DNA of 39,680 nucleotides from a virus (lineage: Duplodnaviria > Heunggongvirae > Uroviricota > Caudoviricetes), in IMG/VR virus record IMGVR_UViG_650377934_000001, one strand, 5' to 3'. Below the pieces are notes generated by a model. The model worked only from the letters and a program-made list of their open reading frames with translations, was not told the DNA's origin and made no database searches. A program made the translations under genes and the position numbers. Every line of letters begins with the position of its first letter. Within the stretch, counting starts at the first letter, position 1. Positions 9,466 through 19,764 of this stretch are shown piece after piece.

Positions 9466-10945
9466 TAATCACCTCAATACTGACACCACCGGGAACAAAT
9501 AACGGGTTGCTGATACCGTTCCTGCGGGCCAGCCGTTGCCAGTTCCGGCTGTTTCCGGTGAACCGGTACAGTGCAACCATTGCCGGGAGCGTTTCTGGCA
9601 GGTGGTGTGATTCACTACCCGCCAGTTGCAGCCCGCGTTTTTCCAGGTCGGCAACAACCAGCAGACGCAGTTGCGTAAGCTGAACACTGTCTGTCGAAAA
9701 ACCCTGCTCAGATGCCGTCAGAATGACGCTATCCAGCGCCGCCCCCAGCATGGCAGTGGTTTTTTCGATATCGGACACACTTTCAAATACCGGGGGCGTG
9801 GCTGTACCACTGTCTGAAAAGGATACCTGTGAAAAGCCGCCGTCCGGGGTTATGGCAGTTAACTGTAACTGTCCCTGTGTGACGGTAGCAGATGTGCTGC
9901 TGGCCCCGCTGGCTGTGCCGGTTGTGGTGGACGGGGCATCCAGTACAGGTGCACGGGCGGCATTATCCATCCGGCGACTGAAATCCAGTGCCGCAGTCAG
10001 TGCCTGGCTGGCAGCTTCTGCCCGGTATGTCTGCGCCGCTGCCAGCATGACGTAGTTCAGTGTGGCAATATTTTTTTCTGCAACCGGACTGTTGTACGAG
10101 GTTGTGATTGTCCCCTGTCTGCCTGCGGTGGCGGCATGGCGACGTTCGAATCGCTGCGCCAGACGGTTCCATGTGGAAAATGCTGTCCGGGTATCGCATA
10201 ACGATGAAACGCCGGACAGCGCCCCCATCAGCGAGGAGGCCAGCATGGCAGGCTGGTTAATCAGGCTGGTCACAGAGCCTTTCATCGCAGAAAGCGATCC
10301 CATCAGACCGCTGACAGTCTGCGTAACCCCCAGATTGTCCACCGCATCACTGATATCATCGATGACACCGGTTACAGCTTCCATCACGGCGGTTGCCGCC
10401 GCAGTGCCATCTTTTACGGTTTGCCAGACAGAGGACAGCGTATCTCCCAGAGAACCGGTTACAGCAACGGCCTGTGCCGGTACGGCTGCACTGGTGTCTG
10501 TCTCTGCGTCCGGGGCAGTATCCTGCAACGACGGATAAACGGTAACGGTGAACGCGTAATAATTCAGTTCATCCGCTTTAGTGCGGCATTCCCATGAATC
10601 CACCATGACGTCCACAGTGCCGAAATCAGGATGTACCAGCTCACCGCTACCCGGAGCATCAAGAGCATCCATCAGCGCACCCGCTTCATCTCTGGCTGTT
10701 TCTGCGTTGCTGTTCAGAATGCAGGCGCTGAATGTACGGGAGCGAAGCTTTTTCCCCAGGTCATTGACGCCGCCGGTATCACGTAACGGGTACTCGCGTT
10801 TAACCAGGCGACGTCCGCCAGCCTGTTTTTGCTCCTCGATGACGAGAAACGGCACGTTACGGAACGTGCCTTTGCCGGTTGTTTTCCTGCCTCCACCGGT
10901 TTTATCCCGGACAGCATTAACGGCATTTAAAGCATCTTCAAACAT
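9458..10945 (-). CDS. DNA circularisation protein (Mu gp43-like)
   Basis: 495-aa ORF immediately downstream of the tape measure gene. Confidence 0.65.
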
Positions 10946-10949
10946 GGTC

Positions 10950-13022
10950 TTACCAGCCCGTAATGTAGTTATCGCCCGCGTAAATATTCAGCCCCATACC
11001 ATCCTCGGTGACGCGGGAACTGGTCAGACGTAACCCCTCGCCGAGTTCGACGCGCAGCGAGGCTTCCGCATTGACTTTTTGTTCCTGCGGTTCCTTATCC
11101 GTGGCCGTCCATTTCTGATACAGGTCGGTTACAAAACCGCCCAGATACTCCCCGGCGACACTGCCCAGCGTGGCACCAGCAACCGTACCCAGCGGTCCGG
11201 CAAGGCTGCCAACGGCACCGCCGAGCCATGCACCGGCTGTACTGCCAATTGCGCCTGCTTTTTCATGGGTTGACGCCTGCTCATCCATCAGGACGGGGGC
11301 AAGCTGGAGTGCCCCCATTACCGGGCCCCCCAGACGTGACAACGCACGACCGGCACCTTTCCCCATCCAGCCCAGCGCCCCGGCACCTTTTGTCACAACC
11401 CGACCGATCGCACTGCCTGCAAGTTTGTTTCCGATACCGGAAAACCACCCGCCAACGGCACGCCCGGCATCAGCCAGCTTTCCGACCGTTCCCGTAACCA
11501 GTTGCCCGGCAGCACTGCCTGCAAGCCTGCTCAGAAGACCGGATTTACCGGGTAAAGGTAATGGTGCAGGCCGTGCCGTTACCGGTACGCCGGGTGGGGG
11601 TAATGCCAGTACAGGGCGTGGTGCAGGTAATGCCAGCGGCTGTGGCCCGGACAGCAATAACGGCTGGCGGGGTAACAGCGGGGCCATTCTTCCGCCGCTC
11701 CGTACACGACGACCGCCGCCACTCCCGTAGTCACCAAATCCACGGGGCCAGTTGATGACAAACACACGCTGAATGCCGATACCCTGCAACAGCGTCTCAG
11801 ACGTCATGGCATCCGGGACCGGCAGACCTGCCTGCCCACGTTTGCGGTTTCGCATCCAGCGCCACATACGACGCCCGGTTTTAAACGGATAACTGGCAAC
11901 CTGCCATGAGGGTTTTGCCACGGCCCAGCCTGCTCTCAGGGCTTTATTGGCAAGCCAGACAGACACCAGAACAGCAGCCAGTTTTTTCAGGCTGACAATA
12001 TTCTGGTCAACCCATGCCAGCGCATCTTTACCCGGTTTCAGCCAGCGCCATAATTCCTGCGCCGAGATTTTTACCGTTCTGAACGTGGTCAGAAATTTCT
12101 GACCAATGTTTTCTGCCAGTGCGTCAAGTTCCCCGGATTTATCCGCCATGTCGTGCCAGTTAAGCACCCGGCGCATCTCGTTCTTGATTTCTTCAAAGGG
12201 GCCGCTGTTTGCCACCTTTATGCGAAATTCAAGCAGGTTGGCTTCCATCTGGGCGAACATCCCGTCCCAGGAGTTCATCGCACTGGCCTGTGCACCTTTT
12301 GACTGTTCTGACAGCGTTCTGAATACCGTCAGAATGGATTTCATGCCCAGCTTGCCCTTTGTACCCAGATCACGGATTTTTTTAACGTCCGTTCCCGTTG
12401 CATCCGCCAGCGCCTGATAAACGTTGATACCGTAACCGGTCAGCAGGTTGGCATCCGCCGCTGTGATTTGCTGGCGGGCAAACATCTGTTTCAGTTGCAG
12501 TGAGGCACCCTGTGCAGTGGGTAAATCCCAGCCGTGCATGGCCCCCTGATCCTGCAACATGGTGATGAACTGTTTCGTCTGTTCATCCGTCATGCCGAAG
12601 CCTTTCGACGAACGGATCTCATCCAGAACACCACTCAGCCCCCACGTGGTGTCCTTCGCGTTCTGCTTCGCCCAGGCCATCATGGCCTGCGCTCTGACCT
12701 TATCGCCGTGATACAGCGAGTTCATGGCGATGATCTGCTGCTCACGCTGGGCGGCTGCACCAATAAACAGTTTATTGGCGGTGTAACCCACGCCAGCGAT
12801 ACCCAGCGCCCCGGCTGACAGCATTCGGAATGTACGGGTTGACAGTGAACCCATTCTGTCAATGGCACCAGAAACGCGCACAACCTCCATACGCAGGGCA
12901 CGAAGGGAACTTTGCCCGCTACGGGACAGGGCGTTTATCTGGTTCGAATACTGGCGGGAACGCCGGGAAAGATTGCCATTAAGATCAATAATGACAGACG
13001 CCTTTAAGCGTTTCCCGGTCAT
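10950..13022 (-). CDS. Tail tape measure protein
   Basis: 690-aa ORF between tail chaperone and baseplate genes; long helical N-terminal part, Pro-rich linker and Gly/Ala-rich C-terminal segment. Confidence 0.8.
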
Positions 13023-13166
13023 AGATATTTCCTGATTTAACGGTGATATTGAGAGAGGGTTTTAGCCTGCTGGCAGTGCCGGAAAAAGCGGGACAGCGGG
13101 AGAGACAAGGCCCATTCCGGGCCACTTTTCAGAATAACGCCAATCGCTGTCGCCGCTTTCTCAATA

Positions 13167-13601
13167 TCATTCCGGCACCGCAGCCACTCGCCCCCGTTCT
13201 TGTGTCAGCGATGCCGCCACAGCCATGTCGTACATTTCTGTGGCCAGCGACAGACGCTGGAAGTCATCGACAGACAGTTTACGAATCAGCGCCATCGACA
13301 ACGGGCCTTTGATGCAGCCCACGCTGGCAATCTGTCGGCGCAGCATTTCCAGTCCCATCCGGGACGGGGAACTGACCAGCACCGGACCTTCCTTGCTCAT
13401 TACCAGCTTTTCAGCAGCCGCCTGTGCATCAATCATATCGCCTGCGGTCAGTTCACGCAGCGTCACGTCATACTGCATTTCAGTCTCGTCACCGGTGCCG
13501 AACGGCAGGCCGTCTTTCAGTTTCAGCACGCCGGACTGAATTTCTGCCACAATGCTGTCATGCAGTTCCTGTGCTTCAGGACCTAAATTCATTTCGTCCA
13601 T
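13167..13601 (-). CDS. Tail assembly chaperone-like protein (Mu gp41-like)
   Basis: 144-aa acidic ORF between tube and tape measure genes. Confidence 0.55.
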   Translation of the reverse strand: MDEMNLGPEAQELHDSIVAEIQSGVLKLKDGLPFGTGDETEMQYDVTLRELTAGDMIDAQAAAEKLVMSKEGPVLVSSPSRMGLEMLRRQIASVGCIKGPLSMALIRKLSVDDFQRLSLATEMYDMAVAASLTQERGRVAAVPE

Positions 13602-13610
13602 TGTTTCCCC

Positions 13611-13967
13611 TTATGCAATGCGTTTGCTTTGTTTTGCCATCAGTACCAGCGAAATTTCGCCGCCGTCGTTTTTCGGTTCATCCGCCTGCCAGGCATTCGC
13701 CAGCATCCAGGTTTCACCGGTATCAGCCTGGAATTCGACGGTGATGTTTTCCCAGTCGATAATTTCATCCAGCCCGATGGGACCACCGCCCGGAATTTTG
13801 CATTCCACTTTTGCGGCACGAGGTTTACCTTTCCAGCCATAAACCCGCGAGCCGGTCACTTCTTCACGGGTGATGCCGGAAGGCGTGAAGGAGGCACCTT
13901 CCATTGATTCAAGCTCCATGCCATTGACACGGATGAACGCCACCCCCTGACGCTGATTTCCAGCCAT
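13611..13967 (-). CDS. Tail tube protein
   Basis: 118-aa ORF directly downstream of sheath gene. Confidence 0.75.
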   Translation of the reverse strand: MAGNQRQGVAFIRVNGMELESMEGASFTPSGITREEVTGSRVYGWKGKPRAAKVECKIPGGGPIGLDEIIDWENITVEFQADTGETWMLANAWQADEPKNDGGEISLVLMAKQSKRIA

Positions 13968-13976
13968 AAATGCTCC

Positions 13977-15464
13977 TTACAGAATGAACTGAACTTGTGC
14001 CGCGAAAATGCGGAACTGGTTAATCAGATTCGGGCCGCACAGCACATCAAGACGGTCTTTGTCGTCCTTGTTACGTGCCACATACAGCTCCTCTTTGAAC
14101 GTGTCGAAATCCTCGACCAGTCCGGCGTTTTCCCATTCTTCAAACAGTGCCAGCAGCTCCGTTTTGATCACGGATGGCGTCACCACGGCCTGACCGGTGG
14201 CAAAGCGGGTGCCATCACTTGCCAGCTTGTAGTTCGGGAATTTCTGCGTGATGCGGGTTCGCAGCGAATAACGCAGATAACTCAGCGTGGCGATGGTATT
14301 CACGTTCAGATAAGACGGATCACTGTCACCGTACTTGTTTGTGCGGTACATCGTGATCATGCGTTCAATCTGCATTTCACCACCATCATTCACGTTAAAC
14401 GTGGAGATGCCGTCAAACAGCAGCGCATTACGTTCTGACCAGGTGAAACGATCCCCCACCGCAGGCGGCATTCTTCCGGGCAACGTCAGCGTCTGGAGTG
14501 GACGCGCCGGGTCGATGGAAAGCGCCTGGCTGGCAACGGCACACAGTGTGGCGGCGTACAGATATGACGGTTCCGGTGCACCGGCAATCCCCATACAGGA
14601 AATCAGATGGTCATTACGGCTGACACCAAACGTGGAAATGTCCCCATACGTGCCGGACAGCACTGTCACGGCAAAGCCATCAGCCTGATTGACCGGTCCC
14701 CAGCGTTCCTGCAATTCAGTGCGTAACAGATTCAGGTTCGGTTCATCGGTATAGGGCATCACAATATATTTATATTGCAGATCGCCCATTCCCGCGATAC
14801 TTGCGCTGATATCCGGGTTGCCATTTTTCCCGGAGGCGGCTTTGAATGCCGTGATAATCCCGTAAGGGGTCGTTTCACCCGCGTAATAGTTCCAGCGCAC
14901 GTCCACGGCAGATAATGCACCCGTAAATTTTGCACTCAGAACCACATCTGCATGGGTGTCATCATCCCCGCTGTCTGCGCGAACTTCTGCCGTCACCGGT
15001 AAATCAGGCTGGCCTTTGATTCGGGCAACCAGCAGGTCAGCCAGCGCCGCTCCCGTTGCACCTGCTGCGACAGATACCGCCAGTCGCTGACCGGCAATGT
15101 AAGTCACAAGCGAGCCGTTTTCGCCTGCCGTTCCTGACAGTGAAATTTCACCGACAGCAGCATTACCGGTGCCGTTCCCCTGCGGAATACACCACAGCTC
15201 CGCCACGCGGTTAGCGTTCAGGAATGCATCTGCCATCAGTGCCAGCATGGAACCCTGACCAAACGCCGCACTGGCCTGTGAGCCGGAACGGATACGGACA
15301 GGCACGTTTGGTGCCGCACTGGCTTTACTTCCGCTTTGCCCGAACATCAGCACGCGCTGACGGGGAGCCGGTGTTCCGCTGACGGCATTGCTGTTATCAA
15401 ATTCGATATACGTCAGAGGAACGCGAACATCTGACGGGATCGCGTTAAATGAAATATCGCTCAT
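13977..15464 (-). CDS. L: Contractile tail sheath protein
   Basis: 495-aa ORF, first large tail gene, followed by tube gene. Confidence 0.85.
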
Positions 15465-15667
15465 TTCGATTTACTCCGTTTTTTCGGCGCAGCGTCGGTA
15501 TCATCCGCCGTGTTTTCGGTGCTCCCGACTTCAACCACATCACCGGCTGCAAGGCGACGTATCCAGAAACTGTTACGGGGCTTTTCTTCTCCCTCAGACG
15601 CCAGTAATTTCATCGTGAGCGGGTCACGGATGGCTTTTCCCGCTGCGGGTTTAATTTTCAGCATCAT
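15461..15667 (-). CDS. Small virion protein (Mu gp38-like)
   Basis: 68-aa ORF with ATGA-type overlap onto the sheath gene. Confidence 0.5.
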
Positions 15668-16199
15668 GATCCTTTTCCTGATTCACATTGATATGTGCGG
15701 CAAATTCCGGGGTTTCGTCCGGGAATTTCCAGGTCTGCCAGTGACGCTCGTAATCATCCAGCGAATCCAGGTCCACTACGGACGGCAGCGGGGTTGTGCC
15801 ACTGAACAGAACGCCGTAAAGCACCACACCGGCATTGATACGGTTGTCGTCACAAAGATTTCTGACCTGCGTCAGCCTCATCCCGGTGGTCGGGCCAAAC
15901 GTCTGACCGTTAACACCGGCAATCAGTCGCTCCACAATCTGATAAATACCGGGCCGGTTTACCGGTTCCCCGTTCAGCAACTCCGCCACGACAAAAAATG
16001 CCCAGCGACTTTCAACTTCCCGACGCGTACGCCCCTCACCACAGCCCATCCATGCCAGAAATACCGATGGCGGGGCCAGAAAGAGACGGTGCACATCCTC
16101 ATTAGTCCATGTGCCGGTAAGGGGTTCCACCTGCCGCAGGGTTGCCCCAAACAACTCACGAACGCGCGCCAGCAGTGCGGCTTCGGTTTCTTCCAGCAT
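15651..16199 (-). CDS. Head-tail joining / virion morphogenesis protein (Mu gp37-like)
   Basis: 182-aa ORF in the neck gene block. Confidence 0.55.
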   Translation of the reverse strand: MLEETEAALLARVRELFGATLRQVEPLTGTWTNEDVHRLFLAPPSVFLAWMGCGEGRTRREVESRWAFFVVAELLNGEPVNRPGIYQIVERLIAGVNGQTFGPTTGMRLTQVRNLCDDNRINAGVVLYGVLFSGTTPLPSVVDLDSLDDYERHWQTWKFPDETPEFAAHINVNQEKDHDAEN

Positions 16200-16624
16200 C
16201 AGATAAACCCCTTCTGTTTTCGTGAAAAAACAGGCGGATCAGACTGAACCTGCACAAGATCCTCTCCCTCCGGCGACGCTGCCGTTCTGCTTTCCACGCC
16301 GGGATCTGTTTTGCCATCGCGCACCTGTTCCAGCCAGCGCACCGTGTCCCTGTAAGTTGCGGTGATCTGCTCGGTGGGTTGTGATTCATTCAGATAAAAC
16401 CAGGCCACCACGCAACACTGCCGTTTCAGCAGTGAGGGGACGACGGTAAGCGGCAGAACAAAGCGCGCGGCGAGATAGCCATCAATAAAGGCCGAAGCAT
16501 CTGCCAGTGCCTGTTCTGCCACGGCATCATCCGGCTGCCCGTCCGCTGTTTTAGGGCGGGTGAGAATATCCAGCCGCGTACGTGTATAGCGGGCGCACAG
16601 GTCATTTACCGTCGCGTAATTCAT
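16199..16624 (-). CDS. Head completion protein (Mu gp36-like)
   Basis: 141-aa ORF, ATGA overlap with the downstream gene. Confidence 0.55.
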   Translation of the reverse strand: MNYATVNDLCARYTRTRLDILTRPKTADGQPDDAVAEQALADASAFIDGYLAARFVLPLTVVPSLLKRQCCVVAWFYLNESQPTEQITATYRDTVRWLEQVRDGKTDPGVESRTAASPEGEDLVQVQSDPPVFSRKQKGFI

Positions 16625-17031
16625 GCATCCGCCTCAGCCAGCGCCGCTTTGATTTGCGCACTGCTCACCGGTTCCCCCAGCGCCGCACTGACGGCTTTCA
16701 CTTTGGGTTCTCCCCCTGCGGTAAAGTGCTCCGGGTTTGCCTTATCCAGACCGGCAACGGTCGCACGGATACGGGTATTCAGATCGCCCACACCCAGAAC
16801 GTCCAGCCCCCCAGCCTCAGCGAGCGTTTCTGCTGACGATGCAGATACCACAGACAGCACGCTGTCGGCACGAATGATCGCCAGTTGTTCTTCGGTGACT
16901 TCCACGGTGTTTTCGCCACGCGTAAAGGCGATTCCGGCGCGGCGGTAGACCGGACGAAGGCATTTAATAATCGCCGTGCAAGTGATGCGAGAAGTGTCCA
17001 GCCGTTGTGAATTAAGCGAAGTGCCTGACAT
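16621..17031 (-). CDS. Head-associated protein (Mu gp35-like)
   Basis: 136-aa ORF preceded by AAGGAGGAG Shine-Dalgarno, just after the capsid-gene hairpin. Confidence 0.55.
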   Translation of the reverse strand: MSGTSLNSQRLDTSRITCTAIIKCLRPVYRRAGIAFTRGENTVEVTEEQLAIIRADSVLSVVSASSAETLAEAGGLDVLGVGDLNTRIRATVAGLDKANPEHFTAGGEPKVKAVSAALGEPVSSAQIKAALAEADA

Positions 17032-17066
17032 AACACATGCTCCTCCTTTTCCTTTAAATCAGGTTA

Positions 17067-17088
17067 AAAGGCGGTCTGAACCGCCTTT
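17067..17088 (-). terminator. Stem-loop immediately downstream of the major head gene (attenuator/terminator-like)
   Basis: AAAGGCGG-TTCAGA-CCGCCTTT on the - strand, 9 nt after the T stop codon; weak U-tract. Confidence 0.45.
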
Positions 17089-17097
17089 TAATGACGG

Positions 17098-18015
17098 TTA
17101 CAGGTAGTCAGCGACAACCAGTTGCAGCTTGCCCTTCATCTCGTTGGAGACGGTGGTATTGCCATCCGCGAACAGTTCACGGTTAAGCAGTTGCTCTGCG
17201 GCTTTTTCCAGCCCGACCGGTACAACGATATGCGTCGGCTTCAGGCCCAGTTTCTTACCGCCATCACCTTCAAAAGAGCGCATCAGTTGCCAGCCCTTCC
17301 AGAGGTTATCCAGCGTCAGATCGCCTTTTACCGCGACAGCCATCTGCCAGAAGCCGTAACCGGCAGCACGGCGGGTGCTGGCACCAAACAGGAACTCGTT
17401 ATCCATAAAAACGTGGTCGTCATCGATACGGGTACGTGCGACCAGTTCCGGTTTGCGGCGCTCCTGGAAAATCAGCGGTTTGACTGCGCGGGAGCAGTCC
17501 AGCAGATAGAATGGCAGACCGCTGAAGCTGTCCTGCTCAACGATGTTGGAGGTATTAACCGCGCTGCCCGTGCCATCCACATTCGGATATACCGGATGCT
17601 CCTTGTCGAAGAAGTTCTGACCGTCATAGCAGGGCTGGGTAAAGCCATCTTTCAGAAGTTTAAAAATCAGCTCATCCGGCTGAACTGCCGCAGAACGGCC
17701 CATCTCCTGAAAAATCGGCGCATAAATACCCAGATTGTCATCCTCGAAGTCATCACGGGAAATACCCACGGTGCCTTCAAACGTTTTATTGGCGATGGAG
17801 TAGCCATGCGCTTCCATTTGCTGAATGGTTCGCTTACCCACCCATTCTTTCAGGGTCGGGAATTTACCCAGCCAGCCATAGGTATTACTGCGGGTGGAAG
17901 AGTTCACCACCATTGCAATTTTGTTGTACTGCGACGGGGCGTCTTCAAGACCGCCCTGAAAATCCTTACGCCAGGAGGTCATCAGGGCTTTAATGGATGC
18001 CGGGGTGACAATCAT
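17098..18015 (-). CDS. T: Major head (capsid) protein
   Basis: 305-aa ORF following the protease/scaffold gene, ATGA overlap with I. Confidence 0.85.
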   Translation of the reverse strand: MIVTPASIKALMTSWRKDFQGGLEDAPSQYNKIAMVVNSSTRSNTYGWLGKFPTLKEWVGKRTIQQMEAHGYSIANKTFEGTVGISRDDFEDDNLGIYAPIFQEMGRSAAVQPDELIFKLLKDGFTQPCYDGQNFFDKEHPVYPNVDGTGSAVNTSNIVEQDSFSGLPFYLLDCSRAVKPLIFQERRKPELVARTRIDDDHVFMDNEFLFGASTRRAAGYGFWQMAVAVKGDLTLDNLWKGWQLMRSFEGDGGKKLGLKPTHIVVPVGLEKAAEQLLNRELFADGNTTVSNEMKGKLQLVVADYL

Positions 18016-19097
18016 TTTTCTTGTTCCTGTTTCATTTTCAGATACTCAGCCTCTGTAATGCCGAGCGCCTTCACTGCTGCCTGTTCATCAGCAGACAGCA
18101 CCGCCACCGCCGTTTTTTCCTGCGACGGAATTTTCGCTGTGGTGGTCTGCATGGCAGATAACGCAGCGATGGGCTGTTTTTTCTCAAGCTGTGCCGACAG
18201 TGCCGCCACGCCAATCTGACCGCCAAGCTGTTCCAGGTAAGTGCGTTCGCTTTTGAAAATGCGGCCTTCCTGTTCCGCCTTGTCCAGAACGGCGCTCAGG
18301 CTGGCTGTGGCGCTTTGTGCAGTCGCCTGTGCCAGTTCATCACGCAGGGCGTTGTAGCTTTCCACCGGGACGTATTTCGTCAGGTCAACGGCGGCTTTCT
18401 GTGCCTTTTCCAGTTCGGCAGACAACGCCGCCACTTTCCCGGCATTAATTTCCAGCGTGTCCAGCGCGGTCAGTGCCGCTGTTGCCTGTTCATCGGTGAT
18501 GTCTGCATTTTCGGGGACCGTCACCCCAAGACGCGCAAGCAGCTTGCGCAGCGTTTCATTCATGGGTTTGTTCTCCTGTTGAAGGATGTCGGGAAGGTCT
18601 GCCGCCAGTGCGGTCAGCTTTTTCATGCCGGTGGCACCGGGGTCATTGGTCAGCGCAGCAAGGCGGATTTGCAGCACCGCACCGGTGGCGGTGTCATACG
18701 GAAAAACCGCAGAGAGATAACCAAATTCGCCGTCATCGATGCGCTGCTGGGCCGCCGCCGTCCAGCGTGGGTGGATAAATAACCCTTCACCTTCACGCCA
18801 CTGCATTTCATCGGCGTTAAACCAGCCAGCCGCGACGAGTTGTTCCGGGGGTAATCCTTTGTCCTTACGTAGCTGGTTATGCTCGTAATCAATCAGCACG
18901 TCCTGGTTGAGCGCGCGAACGCCTTCAACCAGACGCCCGGCAATCTCACCGTCGATGAACCACCCCTGACCGCCTGTCACATCAAACGGACGACCATCAC
19001 GGGCACTGAAATGACCGGCAGGCAATAGCTGGCACCAGCCGTCATCGTCAATGGACAGCGCATTCAGTGCGGCAATGCCAATCGCGTGTTTTTTCAT
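18012..19097 (-). CDS. I: Head maturation protease / scaffold protein
   Basis: 361-aa ORF with Ala/Glu/Gln-rich coiled-coil C-terminal half (scaffold-like). Confidence 0.8.
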   Translation of the reverse strand: MKKHAIGIAALNALSIDDDGWCQLLPAGHFSARDGRPFDVTGGQGWFIDGEIAGRLVEGVRALNQDVLIDYEHNQLRKDKGLPPEQLVAAGWFNADEMQWREGEGLFIHPRWTAAAQQRIDDGEFGYLSAVFPYDTATGAVLQIRLAALTNDPGATGMKKLTALAADLPDILQQENKPMNETLRKLLARLGVTVPENADITDEQATAALTALDTLEINAGKVAALSAELEKAQKAAVDLTKYVPVESYNALRDELAQATAQSATASLSAVLDKAEQEGRIFKSERTYLEQLGGQIGVAALSAQLEKKQPIAALSAMQTTTAKIPSQEKTAVAVLSADEQAAVKALGITEAEYLKMKQEQEK

Positions 19098-19293
19098 GTC
19101 CTGCTGCTCATCATGGTTTGTGAGCAGTCAGTTTGCGGGAGGTGCGGGAAAATCTGGGGTTATGCTATTTGAGTACTGGAGAAAGAAAGTGAAAGGAAGA
19201 TAAAACGGGATTCATACACCGTTAAATACCGGTTTAAAAATCCCGTGGCGCGTTTTAAAAAATCTGTGCGGCTGATTTTATGCCTGATTCTGT
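19098..19293 (-). promoter_or_regulatory. G-I intergenic region: late promoter for the head operon and expected location of the central strong gyrase site
   Basis: 196-bp non-coding gap at the exact centre of the prophage, about 17.9-18.1 kb from the left end. Confidence 0.55.
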
Positions 19294-19764
19294 TTATTGC
19301 CTCAGAGCGGCGCTGACGCGTTTTCTGATGGCATCAAAAATTTCCTGTTCCCCGGTCTTATCCAGCCCCATATAAGGACGCGCAGGAACGCCTGCCGGGC
19401 GGGGTGCCATATCGGGTGTACCGCCCCACTGATGAATGGCAGCATAAATTTTTGGCGAACCAATCAGGGCATAATCCTGTCCATAATCGGTGGTAATACT
19501 GCGTGCCAGATCGCCATGCAGGGTAAGGATACTGCCCGGAACAAAACCATGATCCTGACGCCATGCCAGCCACGAATCGCTCCACGCTTCCCAGCCTTTC
19601 CCTGTATCCGGGTCTGCCTGCCGTTCAAATGCCTGTTCCGTGGATGACAGCAGCGCCGCAGCCATCACTCGGGGAATGGCGCGGTCACGTGTGACGGTTC
19701 CCAGTTCATCCAGCGCAAGCTGAATACGTCGCACATCCACGGCAACGTTCATATCAAGACTCAC
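19294..19764 (-). CDS. G: Virion morphogenesis protein G
   Basis: 156-aa ORF between F and I. Confidence 0.75.
   Translation of the reverse strand: MSLDMNVAVDVRRIQLALDELGTVTRDRAIPRVMAAALLSSTEQAFERQADPDTGKGWEAWSDSWLAWRQDHGFVPGSILTLHGDLARSITTDYGQDYALIGSPKIYAAIHQWGGTPDMAPRPAGVPARPYMGLDKTGEQEIFDAIRKRVSAALRQ

Noticed and set aside
11079-11767. Several overlapping + strand ORFs with Pro/Ala/Arg-rich products inside the tape measure gene
   Set aside because: Antisense to the Gly/Ala/Pro-rich repetitive part of the tape measure protein; compositional artefacts.
13023-13166. Programmed frameshift extension of the tail chaperone gene upstream of the tape measure gene
   Set aside because: No slippery heptamer or downstream structure was recognisable at the 3' end of 13167..13601; cannot be supported from sequence alone.
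17122-18219. 365-aa + strand ORF, and similar long + strand ORFs (7748..8368, 15510..16247, 22135..22626, 25054..25929, 28213..28872)
   Set aside because: All are antisense to well-supported, translationally coupled phage genes in GC-rich sequence, lack ribosome-binding sites and have low-complexity products; treated as shadow ORFs.
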